Shown piece after piece: positions 24,938-35,845 of a DNA stretch of 64,000 bases; position 1 is the stretch's first letter, and each line of letters begins with the position of its first letter. The notes below the pieces were generated by a model. It was not told where the DNA came from, searched no databases, and worked only from the letters and a program-made list of their open reading frames with translations. Location: contig NC_090371.1 in the NCBI RefSeq assembly GCF_036365525.1, forward strand, positions 36,253,387 to 36,317,386, written 5' to 3'. This stretch comes from Heterodontus francisci. Its lineage: Eukaryota. Position numbers and translations under genes: made by a program.

Positions 24938-25854
24938 TTTAAACCCTCCCGAACAGTACTAGCAAACCTCCCTCCCAGGATATTGGTGCCCCTCTGGTTC
25001 AGATGCAGCCCGTCCTGTTTGAACAGGTCCCATCTTCCCCAGAATGCAGTCCAATTATCCAAGAACTGGAAGCCCTCCCTCCTACACCATTCCTGCAGCC
25101 ACGTGTTCAGCTGTGCTCTCTCCCTATTCCTAGCCTCACTATCACGTGGCGCCGGCAACAAACCAGAGATAACAACTCTGTCCGTCCGAGCTTTCAGCTT
25201 CCAGCCTAACTCCCTAAACTCACTTCTAACATCTGTGCCACCCTTCCTTCCTACGTCGTTGGTGCCAATGTGCACCACGACCTCTGGCTGCTCCCCCTCC
25301 CCTTTAAGGATCCTGAAGACGCGATCACAAACATCACGGACCCTGGCACCAGGGAGGCAACAAACCATCCGTGCGTCTCGCCTGCGCCCACAGAACCGCC
25401 TGTCCGTACTCCTCACCATCGAGTCCCTGATGACTAGTGCTCTCCCATTCTCCCTCCTTCCCTTCTGAGCCACAGTGCAGGACCCCGTGCCAGAGGCCCG
25501 GTCACTGCAGCCTGCCCCCGATAGGCCGTCCCCCCCAACAGTATCTAAAACTGTATACTTGTTGTTGAGGGGAACGACCACAGGAGATCCCTGCACTGAC
25601 CTCTTCCCACCTCTAACTGTTACCCAGCTGCCTTTGATTTGTGGAGTAACGACCTCCGTGTAGCTTCTATCTATCAACCCCTCAGCTTCCCGAATGATCC
25701 TCAGTTCATCCAGCTCCAGCTCCAATTCCCTAACACGGTCTGATAGGAGCTGGAGACGGATGCACTTCCAGCAGGTGAAGTCGGCAGGGTCACCGGAGGT
25801 TCCCCTCACCTCGAACATACTGCAGGAGGAGCAATACACTACACTGGCTGCCAT
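24934..25854 (-). CDS. CR1 ORF1 (Cys zinc finger, coiled coil, SGNH esterase-like domain), 306 aa
   Basis: CSSC...CWKC, VRELELELDEL, (R)DSM, HIGTND, DGLHLN. The GDS glycine is Arg in this copy. Confidence 0.9.
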   Translation of the reverse strand: MAASVVYCSSCSMFEVRGTSGDPADFTCWKCIRLQLLSDRVRELELELDELRIIREAEGLIDRSYTEVVTPQIKGSWVTVRGGKRSVQGSPVVVPLNNKYTVLDTVGGDGLSGAGCSDRASGTGSCTVAQKGRRENGRALVIRDSMVRSTDRRFCGRRRDARMVCCLPGARVRDVCDRVFRILKGEGEQPEVVVHIGTNDVGRKGGTDVRSEFRELGWKLKARTDRVVISGLLPAPRDSEARNRERAQLNTWLQEWCRREGFQFLDNWTAFWGRWDLFKQDGLHLNQRGTNILGGRFASTVREGLN

Positions 25855-26031
25855 TTCTTTTATTCAATTACCCCTTAGTTAAGTACAACTATAGATATTA
25901 ACAAAAACAGTAAATAGCTTACCTGCTCAGTCCTTTTTGGTTAGAGGAGGAGGGTAAAAAGGGTCTTATTATTAGGTTAGAGTAGGAGGATGGGTGGGAG
26001 ACACTACACGTGTAGTGGCTCGGGTTTACTC

Positions 26032-26451
26032 AGCTCCGCACCTTTAAGGAAAATACCTACCCAGGAGTCCTCGCTGCCGACCAGCTTCCGGTTCCTCCGG
26101 CGCCAAAAGAAACTCAAAGACAAGGAAAACAGTAAGTAAAACAGTAAGTACTTACTTTCAAAACACAGCTCCTGATGCCTTCACTCACCCACCGAAGAGT
26201 CGCTACCTTCTCCTGCTGCTCCGCCGGGAAATGAGGCCGAGTCCACGGAGCTCCGCACCTTTAAGGAAAATACCTACCCAGGAGTCCTCGCTGCCGACCA
26301 GCTTCCGGTTCCTCCGGCGCCAAAAGAAACTCAAAGACAAGGAAAACAGTAAGTAAAACAGTAAGTACTTACTTTCAAAACACAGCTCCTGATGCCTTCA
26401 CTCACCCACCGAAGAGTCGCTACCTTCTCCTGCTGCTCCGCCGGGAAATGA
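26032..26451. repeat. Tandem duplication with a 217-bp period in the CR1 5' UTR
   Basis: agctccgcacctttaagg...ccgggaaatga at 26032-26234 and again at 26249-26451, identical by eye. Confidence 0.9.
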
Positions 26452-26666
26452 TGTATAATGTGGAAAATTGTGAAACTGTCCACTTTGGCAGGAAGAATAA
26501 AAAAGAAGCATATTATCTAAATGGTGAGAGATTGCATAGCTCTGAGATGCAGAGGGATCTGGGTGCCCTAGTGCATGAATTGTGAAAGGTTAGTATGTAG
26601 GTACAGCACGTAATTAGGAAAGCTAATAGAATGTTATCGTTTATAGCGAGGGGAATTGAATACAAA

Positions 26667-29600
26667 GAACAAAGAACAAAGAAAATTACAGAACAGGAAC
26701 AGGCCCTTCGGCCCTCCAAGCCTGCGCCGATCCAGATCCTCTATCTAAACCTGTCGCCTATTTTCTAAGGGTCTGTATCTCTTTGCTTCCTGCCCATTCA
26801 TGTATCTGTCTAGATACATCTTAAAAGACGCTATCGTGCCCGCGTCTACCACCTCCGCTGGCAACGCGTTCCAGGCACCCACCACCCTCTGCGTAAAGAA
26901 CTTTCCATGCATATCCCCCCTAAACTTTTCCCCTCTCACTTTGAACTCGTGACCCCTAGTAATTGAATCCCCCACTCTGGGAAAAAGCCTCTTGCTATCC
27001 ACCCTGTCTATACCTCTCATGATTTTGTACACCTCAATCAGGTCCCCCCTCAACCTCCGTCTTTCTAATGAAAATAATCCTAATCTACTCAACCTCTCTT
27101 CATAGCTAGCGCCCTCCATACCAGGCAACATCCTGGTGAACCTCCTCTGCACCCTCTCCAAAGCATCTACATCCTTTTGGTAATGTGGCGACCAGAACTG
27201 CACGCAGTATTCCAAATGTGGCCGAACCAAAGTCTGATACAACTGTAACATGACCTGCCAACCCTTGTACTCAATACCCCGTCCGATGAAGGAAAGCATG
27301 GCGTATGCCTTCTTGACCACTCTATTGACCTGTGGCAACCTTCAGGGAACAATGGACCTGAACACCCAAATCTCTCTGTACATCAATTTTCCCCAGCACT
27401 TTTCCATTTACTGTATAGTTCACTCTTGAATTGGATCTTCCAAAATACATCACCTCGCATTTGCCCTGATTGAACTCCAGCTGCCATTTCTCTGCCCAAC
27501 TCTCCAATCTATCTATATTCTTCTGTATTCTCTGACAGTCCCCTTCACTATCTGCTACTCCACCAATCTTAGTGTCGTCTGCAAACTTGCTAATCAGACC
27601 ACCTATACTTTCCTCCAAATCATTTATGTATATCACAAACAACAGTGGTCCCAGCACAGATCCCTGTGGAACACCACTGGTCACACTTCTCCATTTTGAG
27701 AAACTCCCTTCCACTGCTACTCTCTGTCTCCTGTTGCCCAGCCAGTTCTTTATCCATCTAGCTAGTACACCCTGGATCCCATGCAACTTCACTTTCTCCA
27801 TCAGCCTACCATGGGGAACCTTATCAAACGCCTTACTGAAGTCCATGTATATGACATCTACAGCCTTCCCTCATCAATCAACTTTGTCACTTCCTCAAAG
27901 AATTCTATTAAGTTGGTAAGACATGACCTTCCCTGCACAAAACCATGTTGCCTATCACTGATAAGCCCATTTTCTTCCAAATGGGAATAGATCCTATCCC
28001 TCAGTATCTTCTCCAGCAGCTTCCCTACCACTGACGTCAGGCTCACAGGTCTATAATTACCTGGATTATCCCTGCTACCCTTCTTAAACAAGAGGACAAC
28101 ATTAGCAATTCTCCAGTCCTCCGGGACCTCACCCGTGTTTAAGGATGCTGCAAAGATATCTGTTAAGGCCCCAGCTATTTCCTCTCTCGCTTCCCTCAGT
28201 AATAAATAGATCCCATCCGGACCTGGGGACTTGTCCACCTTAATGCCTTTTGGAATACCCAACACTTCCTCCCTCCTTATGCCGACTTGACCTGGAGTGA
28301 GCAAACATCTATCCCTAACCTCAACATCCGTCATGTCCCTCTCCTCGGTGAATACCGATGCAAAGTACTCGTTTAGAATCTCACCCATTTTCTCTGACTC
28401 CACACATAATTTTCCTCCTTTGTCCTTGAGTGGGCCAATCCTTTCTCAAGTTACCCTCTTGCTCCTTATATATGAATAAAAGGCTTTGAGATTTTCCTTA
28501 ACCCTGTTTGCTAAAGATATTTCATGACCCCTTTTAGCCCTCTTAATTCCTCGTTTCAGATTGGTCCTACATTCCCGATATTCTTCCAAAGCTTCGTCTT
28601 TCTTCAGCCTCCTAGACCTTATGTATGCTTCCTTTTTCCTCTTAGCTAGTTTCACAATTTCACCTGTCATCCATGGTTCCCTAATCTTGCCATTTCTATC
28701 CCTCATTTTCACAGGAACATGTCTCTCCTGCACGCTAATCAACCTCTCTTTAAAAGCCTCCCACATATCAAATGTGGATTTATCTTCAAACAGCTGCTCC
28801 CAATCTACATTCCCCAGCTCCTGCCGAATTTTGGTATAGTTGGCCTTCCCCCAATTTAGCACTCTTCCTTTCGGACCACTCTCGTCTTTGTCCATGAGTA
28901 TTCTAAAACTTACGGAATTGTGATCACTATTCCCAAAGTAGTCCCCTACTGAAACTTCAACCACCTGGCCGGGCTCATTCCCCAACACCAGGTCCAGTAT
29001 GGCCCCTTCCCGAGTTGGACTATTTACATACTGCTCTAGAAAACCCTCCTGGATGCTCCTTACAAATTCTGCTCCATCTAGACCTCTAACACTAAGTGAA
29101 TCCCAGTCAATGTTGGGAAAATTAAAATCTCCTATCACCACCACCCTGTTGCTCCTACATCTTTCCATAATCTGTTTACATATTTGTACCTCTATTTCAC
29201 ACTCGCTGTTGGGAGGCCTGTAGTACAGCCCCAACATTGTTACCGCACCCTTCCTATTTCTGAGTTCTGCCCATATTGCCTCACTGCTCGAGTCCTCCAT
29301 AGTGCCCTCCTTCAGCACAGCTGTGATATCCTCTTTGACCAGTAATGCAACTCCTCCACCCCTTTTACCTCCCTCTCTATCCCGCCTGAAGCATCGATAT
29401 CCTGGGATATTTAGTTGCCAATTGTGCCCTTCACTCAACCAAGTCTCAGTAATAGCAATAACATCATACTCCCAGGTACTAATCCAAGCCCTAAGTTTAT
29501 CTGCCTTACCTACTGCACTTCTTGCATTAAAACAAATGCACCTCAGACCACCAGTCCCTTTGCGTCCATCATCTGCTCCCTGCCTACTTTTCCCCTTAGT

Positions 29601-29978
29601 CACACTGACTTCATTATCTAGTTCCTCACAGGCTTTCGTTACTACCTCCTTACTGTCCACTGACCTCCTCATTTGGTTCCCATCTCCCTGCCACATTAGT
29701 TTAAACCCTCCCCAACAGCGTTAGCAAAAGCATCCCCAAGGAAATTGGTTCCAGTCCGGCCCAGGTGTAGACCGTCCAATTTGTAATAGTCCCACCTCCC
29801 CCAGAACCGGTCCCAATGTCCCAAAAATCTGAGCCCCTCCCTCCTGCACCATCTCTCAAGCCACGCATTCAGCCTGACTATTCTTTCATTTCTACTCTGA
29901 CTATCCCGTGGCACTGGTAGCAATCCTGAGATTACTACCTCTGAGGTCCTACTTTTTAACTTGGCTCCTAACTCCCAT
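26667..29978 (-). mobile_element. CR1, 5'-truncated within ORF1, with frameshifted ORF2
   Basis: ORF1 end (DGLHLG...GEGLN*), then APE and RT spread over four ORFs, (TTCTTTG)n tail. Confidence 0.9.
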
Positions 29979-30599
29979 AAGTAAGGAGGTTATTCTTCAG
30001 CTATACAGGTCATTGATGAGACCACAGCTGGAGTACTGTGTACAGTATTGGTCTCCTTATTTAAGGAAGGATGTAAATGCTTTGGAGGCCGTACAGAGAA
30101 GGTTTACTGGACTAATACCTGGAATGGGCGGGCTGTCTTATGAGGAAAGATTGGACAGGCTAGGCTTGTATCTGCTGGAATTTAGAAGAGTAAGAGGTGA
30201 CTTGATTGAAACATATAAGATCCTGAGAGGTCTTGACAGGATGGATGTGGAAAGGATGTTTCTCCTTGTGGGAGAATCTAGAACTAGGGGTCACTGTTTA
30301 AAAATAAGGGATCGCCCATTTAAGACAGAGATGAGGAGAAATTTTTTCTCTCTGACGGTCGTGAGTCTTTGGAATTCTCTTCCTCAAAAGGTGGTGGAAG
30401 CAGAATCTTTGAATATTTTTAAGGCAGAGGTGGATAGATTCTTGATAAGCAAGGGGGTGGAAGGTTATCGGGGGGTAGGTGGAAATGTGGAGTAATCAGT
30501 TCAGCCCTGAACGTATTGAATGGCGGAGCTTGCTCGAAGGGCCGAGTGGCCTACTCCTGCTCCTAATTGGTATGTTTGTATATTTGTATGTTGATTTCA

Positions 30600-31370
30600 C
30601 TATCACATGCATGAATATTTGAAACAATAAAATATTCTATGAAATGAAAAATATTTTGACTAATACAGGAACTGGAAAACATTACTTTTGAGAATTCCTC
30701 TCCGTAAAAAAGTAAGTGCTATCGAGATATAATTACTCAGACTGAAACCAATCAGGTTACAATTACAAACCACATGTACTACTCATTGAATTCTCTGTTT
30801 CCAAACTCTCTCGGTTTGGATATTGGAAATGACATTTTCTCATTACTGCGAAGAAGATTACCAAGACTGCATTTCTGGTTTGTAAAGGCAGATAAATGAC
30901 GCAGTAAAGGATAGTGTTTAACTATGTTCTCAGGGTATTCCAAATCACTTTGCAATCAACAAATTACTTTTGACATGGTCAGTGGGTCAGATTGGTACTA
31001 CCTAGGTCAACTCTAATACCTACAGTACAGGCAAGGCATCAACATAATAATATCATAGCCTGATATTTTTCAAATTAACAGAATCCGGAAAAAGAATTGT
31101 ATTATGCATTCTCTTCAGGACCATAAACAACAACGAACCAGCCTAGTGACCAAGATACTAGACTGACATTTGTGTGTCCTTATTCTCAAGCTTGGGGATG
31201 GTGTAGGACAGGTGTTAGCTCTGAAACTGTCAATAGCTCAAGGGAAATTCCAGATTTCCTGGAAATTTTTCTCAACATTTCAGCTCATGCACTGTGATGT
31301 TGAAACATATACCCTAACATTACAGTAATAGACCTACTCATTGAAATTAAACACTTCCTAAAATTAGCTT
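30600..31370. promoter_or_regulatory. Candidate T-cell enhancer in a unique-sequence island
   Basis: RUNX AACCACA 30768, E-box CAGGTG 31209, NF-kB GGGAAATTCC 31242-31251, STAT5 TTCCTGGAA 31256-31264, ETS CACTTCCT ~31351. Confidence 0.35.
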
Positions 31371-31394
31371 TCGGACTTCATTTATATACAGATA

Positions 31395-32355
31395 TTGTCC
31401 AATTCTCTTTTGAAAGCCTTGATTGAATCTGCCTCCACCACACTCTCAGGCAATGCATTCCAGATCCTTACCACTCGCTGTGTAAAAAAGATTTTCCCCT
31501 CATGTCACTATTGCTTCTTTTGCCAATCACTTTAAATCAGTGTCCCCTGATTCTCAACCCTTCCGCCAATGGGAACTGTTTCTATCTACTCTGTTTCGAC
31601 CCCTCATTATTTTGAACACCTCTATCAAATCTCCTCTCCATCCTCCCTTCTCTAAGGAGAACAGCCCCAGCTTCTCCCAATTATCCATGTAACTGAAGTT
31701 CCTCATCCCTGGAACCATTGTTGCAAATCTTTCCTGCACCCTCGCTAATATCTTCACATATTTCCTAAAGTGTGGTGCCCTGAATTGGACACAATACTCC
31801 AGTTGAGGCCGAACCAGTGTTTTATAAATGTTCACCATAAGTTCCTTGTTTTTGTACTCTATGCCCCTATCAATAAAGTCCAGGAACCCATATGCTTTAT
31901 TTAGCGATTTTACAACCTGCCCTGCCACCTCCAATAATTCATGCACATGTACCCGCAGGTCTCTCTGCTCCTGCACCAACTTTAGAATTGTATCTTTTAT
32001 TTTATATTGCCTCTCCTCATTCTTCCTACCAAAATGAATCATGTCAGACCTCTCTGCATTAAATTTCATCTGCCACATGTCTGCCCACTCACCAACCTGT
32101 CTATGCCCTGCTGAAGTCTATCACTATCCCCCTCACAGTTCACAATACTTTCAAGTTTGTGTCGTCCGCAAATTTTGACGTTGTGCCCTGTACACCCAAG
32201 TCTAGGTCATTAATATGGATCAAGAAAAGCAGTGATCCTAACACTTACCCCTGGGAAAACCCCACAGGATACCTCCAGTCCAAAACACAACCTTTCACCA
32301 CTACTCTCCAATTCCTGTCACTCAACCAACTTCGTATCCATGCTGTCACTGTCCT
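31395..32355 (-). mobile_element. Degenerate CR1 3' fragment
   Basis: WQMKFNAE, YKTLVRPQLEYCVQF. Similar fragments at 41625-42490 (-) and 42785-43130 (+). Confidence 0.85.
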
Positions 32356-32922
32356 ATTTATTTATTGATACAGCACTGAAACAGGCCCTTCGGCCCACCG
32401 AGTCTGTGCTGACCATCAACCACTCATTTATACTAATCCCGTATTCCTACCACATCCCCACCTTCCCTATGTTCTCCTACCACCTACCTATACTAGGGGC
32501 AATTTATAATGGCCAATGTACCTATCAACCTGCAAGTCTTTGGCTGTGGGAGGAAACCGGAGCACCCGGCAAAAACCCACACGGTCACAGGAAGAACTTG
32601 CAAACTCTGCACAGGCAGTACCCAGAATTGAATCTGGGTTGCTGGAGTTGTGAGGCTGCAGTGCTAACCACTGCAACACTGTGCCACCCTGTCTGTAATC
32701 TCTTCCATACTCAAAGCCCTCAGATTGTGCTCCAATAATTCTGGCCTCTTAAGCATCCTTGATTTTATTTGCTCCACCATTGGTGACTGTGCCTTCAGTT
32801 GCCAAGTCCCTAAGCTCTGAAATTCCCTCCCTATACCTCTCTGCTTCTCTACCTCTCTTTCATCCTTTAAGATGCTTCTCAAAACCTACCACTTTGTCCA
32901 AGCTTATGGTCATCTGCCCTAA

Positions 32923-35845
32923 CAGCGGTAGCAGTGAGAGTGCGAGCCAGGGGGCAGCTGGGAAGGTAAGTTTCACTATAAAATACTTACCTCCTGATTC
33001 GGCGGACACGGACACGGGGACTGCTGGGGAAGTGAACTTATATATTCGGGCAGTGGCTAAACCCGAAACACTACACCTGTAGTGTCTCCCACCCATCCTC
33101 CTCCTCTAACCAAAAAAAAAGGACTGTTGTGTGGAGGGTTTGGTAAGGGAAGGTTTCCCTTTATTTTTACTTAATCTCTGTGTCAATTTAGAGCCGAGGG
33201 GATGGAAGCTAGGGCAGTTGCATGCTCCTCTTGCAGGATGTGGGAGGTAAGGGTCACCACTGGTGTCCCTGCTGTGAGAAGTGCACCCAACTCCAGCTCC
33301 TCACAGACCGCGTTAGGGAACTGGAGCTGGCTGAACTTCGGATCATTCAGGCGGCTGAGGGGGTGATAGAGAGCAGTTATAGAGAGGTAGTGACACCTAA
33401 GTTACAGGATAGAGGTAGCTGGGTGACCGTCAGGGGAGGGAAAGGGAATAGGCGCACAGTGCAGGGATCCCCTGTGGCCATTCCCCTCAATAATAAGTAT
33501 ACTGTTTTGGATACGGTTGGGGGGGACGACCTACCAGGGGAAAGCTACAGCGGCCAGGTCTCTGGCACTGAGCCTGGCTCTGTGGCTCAGAAGGGAAGGG
33601 GGGAGAATAGGAGAGCGATAGTGATAGGAGATTCAATGGTTAGAGGAACAGACAGGAGATTCTGTGGTCGCGAACGAGACTCCCGGATGGTATGTTGCCT
33701 CCCGGGTACCAGGGTCAGGGATGTCTCGGATCGAGTCTACAGGATTCTTAAGGGGGAGGGGGAGCAGCCAGAAGTCGTGGTACACATCGGTACCAATGAC
33801 ATAGCTAGGAAAAGGGATGAGGACCTGAAAAGCGAATATAGGGAGTTAGGTTGAAGCTAAAAGGCAGGACGAGCAGGATAGTAATCTCAGGATTGATACC
33901 GGTGCCACGTGCTAGTGAGGCTAGAAACAGAGAGCGAGTGCAGCTGAACACGTGGCTACAGAGCTGGTGTAGGAGGGAGGGCTTCAGATATGTGGATCAT
34001 TGGGATACCTTCTGGGGAAGGTGGGACCTGTACAAGAAGGACGGGTTGCATCTGAACTGGAGGGGCACCAATATCCTGGGCGGGAGGTTTGCGAGAGCTC
34101 TTCAGGAGGGTTTAAACTAGTTTGGCAGGGGGATGGGAACCAGACCTACGGAACAGTGGATGGGGTAGCTGTTGAACAGGCAGATACAGAGTGCAGAGAG
34201 TCTGTGAGGAAGGTTAGACAGTTGACAGGGCAAAGTTGCAGCCAGTATGATGGGTTGAAGTGTGTCTATTTTAATGCAAGAAGTGTCAGGAATAAGGGCG
34301 ATGAACTTAGAGCATGGATCAGTACTTGGAGCTACGATGTTGTGGCCATTACGGAGACGTGGATATCACAGGGGCAGGAATGGATGTTGGATGTTCCGGA
34401 GTTTAGATGTTTCAAAAGGAATAGGGAGGGAGGTAAAAGAGGTGGGGGAGTGGCATTGCTAATCAGGGATAGTATCACAGCTGCAGAAAGGGAGGTCGTC
34501 GAGGAGGGTTTGTCTACTGAGTCATTATGGGTGGAAGTCAGATACAGGAAAGGAGCAGTCACTTTATTGGGAGTTTTCTATAGACCCCCCAATAGCAACA
34601 GAGACACGGAGGAACAAATTGGGAGGCAGATTTTGGAAAGGTGCAGAAGTAACAGGGTTGTTGTCATGGGTGACTTCAACTTCCCTAATATTGATTGGAA
34701 CCTCCTTAGTGCAAATAGTTTGGATGGAGCAGTTTTTGTCAGGTGTGTCCAGCATTGTTTCCTGACTCAATATGTAGATAGGCCGACTAGAGGGGAGGCT
34801 ATATTGGATTTGGTGCTTGGCAACGAACCAGGCCAGGTGACAGATCTCTCGGTGGGAGAGCATTTCGGTGATAGTGATCACAACTCCCTGACCTTTACAA
34901 TAGTCATGGACAGGGATAGGAGCAGACGGGATGGGAAAATATTTAATTGGGGGAGGGGGAATTACAATGCTATTAGGCAGGAACTGGGGAGCATAAACTG
35001 GGAACAGATGTTCTCAGGGAAATGCATGACAGAAATGTGGAGGTTGTTTAGGGAGCACTTGCTGCGACTGCTGGATAGGTTTGTCCCGATGAGGCAAGGA
35101 AGGGATGGTAGGAACCTTGGATGACAAGAGATGTGGAACAGCTAGTCAAGAGGAAGAAGGAAGCTTACTTAAGGTTGAGGAAGCAAGGATCAGACAGGGC
35201 TCTAGAGGGTTACAAGGTAGCCAGGAAGGAACTGAAGAATGAACTTAGGAGAGCTAGAAGGGGACATGAAAAAGTCTTGGCGAGTAGGATTAAGGAAAAT
35301 CCCAAGGCATTATTCACTTATGTGAGGAACAAGAGGATAGCCAGAGTGAGGGTAGGGCCGTTCAGGGATAGTGGAGGGAACTTGTGCCTGGAGTCGGAGG
35401 AGGTAGGGGAGGTCCTAAATGAATACTTTGCTTCAGTATTCACTAGTGAGAGGGACCTGGTCGTTTGTGAGGACAGCGTGAAACAGGCTGATATGCTCGA
35501 ACAGGATAGATAGAGTGGATAGCCAGAGACTTTTTCCCAGGGTGGAAAGGGCTATCACCAGGGGGCATAATTTTAAGGTGATTGGAGGAAGGTTTCGGGG
35601 AGATGTCAGAGGTAGGTTCTTTACACAGAGAGTGGTGGGTGCGTGGAATGCACTGCCAGCGGTGGTAGTAGAAGCAGATACATTAGGGACATTTAAGCGA
35701 CTCTTGGATAGGTACATGGATGATAGTAGTATGAAGGGTATGTAGGTAGTTTGATCCTGGAGTCGGTTAAAGGTTCGGCACAACATCGTGGTTCGAAGGG
35801 TCTGTACTGTGCTGTACTGTGCTGTACTGTTCTATGTTCTATGTT
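32923..35845 (+). mobile_element. Internally deleted CR1 (5' UTR, ORF1, APE, no RT, intact 3' end) inserted in an L2 3' fragment
   Basis: Disrupted ORF1 ~33200-34120, APE ~34120-35110. Jumps near 35505 from QADMLEQ to DRVDSQRLFP. (GTTCTAT)n tail. L2 sequence at 32690-32922 resumes after ctaa at ~35846. Confidence 0.85.

Larger units (their letters stand above)
21942..26451 (-). mobile_element. Full-length, apparently intact two-ORF CR1 LINE
   Basis: 5' UTR with tandem repeat, open ORF1 and ORF2, 3' hairpin and (TTCTATG)n tail. Confidence 0.95.
16900..30592 (+). mobile_element. Host CR1 ORF2 split into five pieces (16900-17567, 20852-21372, 21725-21941, 26452-26666, 29979-30592) by four antisense insertions
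   Basis: The protein reads through the junctions: KSPGP|DGLHPRVLKEVASEI, WQME|YNVENCETVHFG, GIEYK|SKEVILQLYR. Confidence 0.85.

Noticed and set aside
22613-25882. Many + strand ORFs of 60-160 aa
   Set aside because: Antisense shadows of CR1 ORF1 and ORF2.
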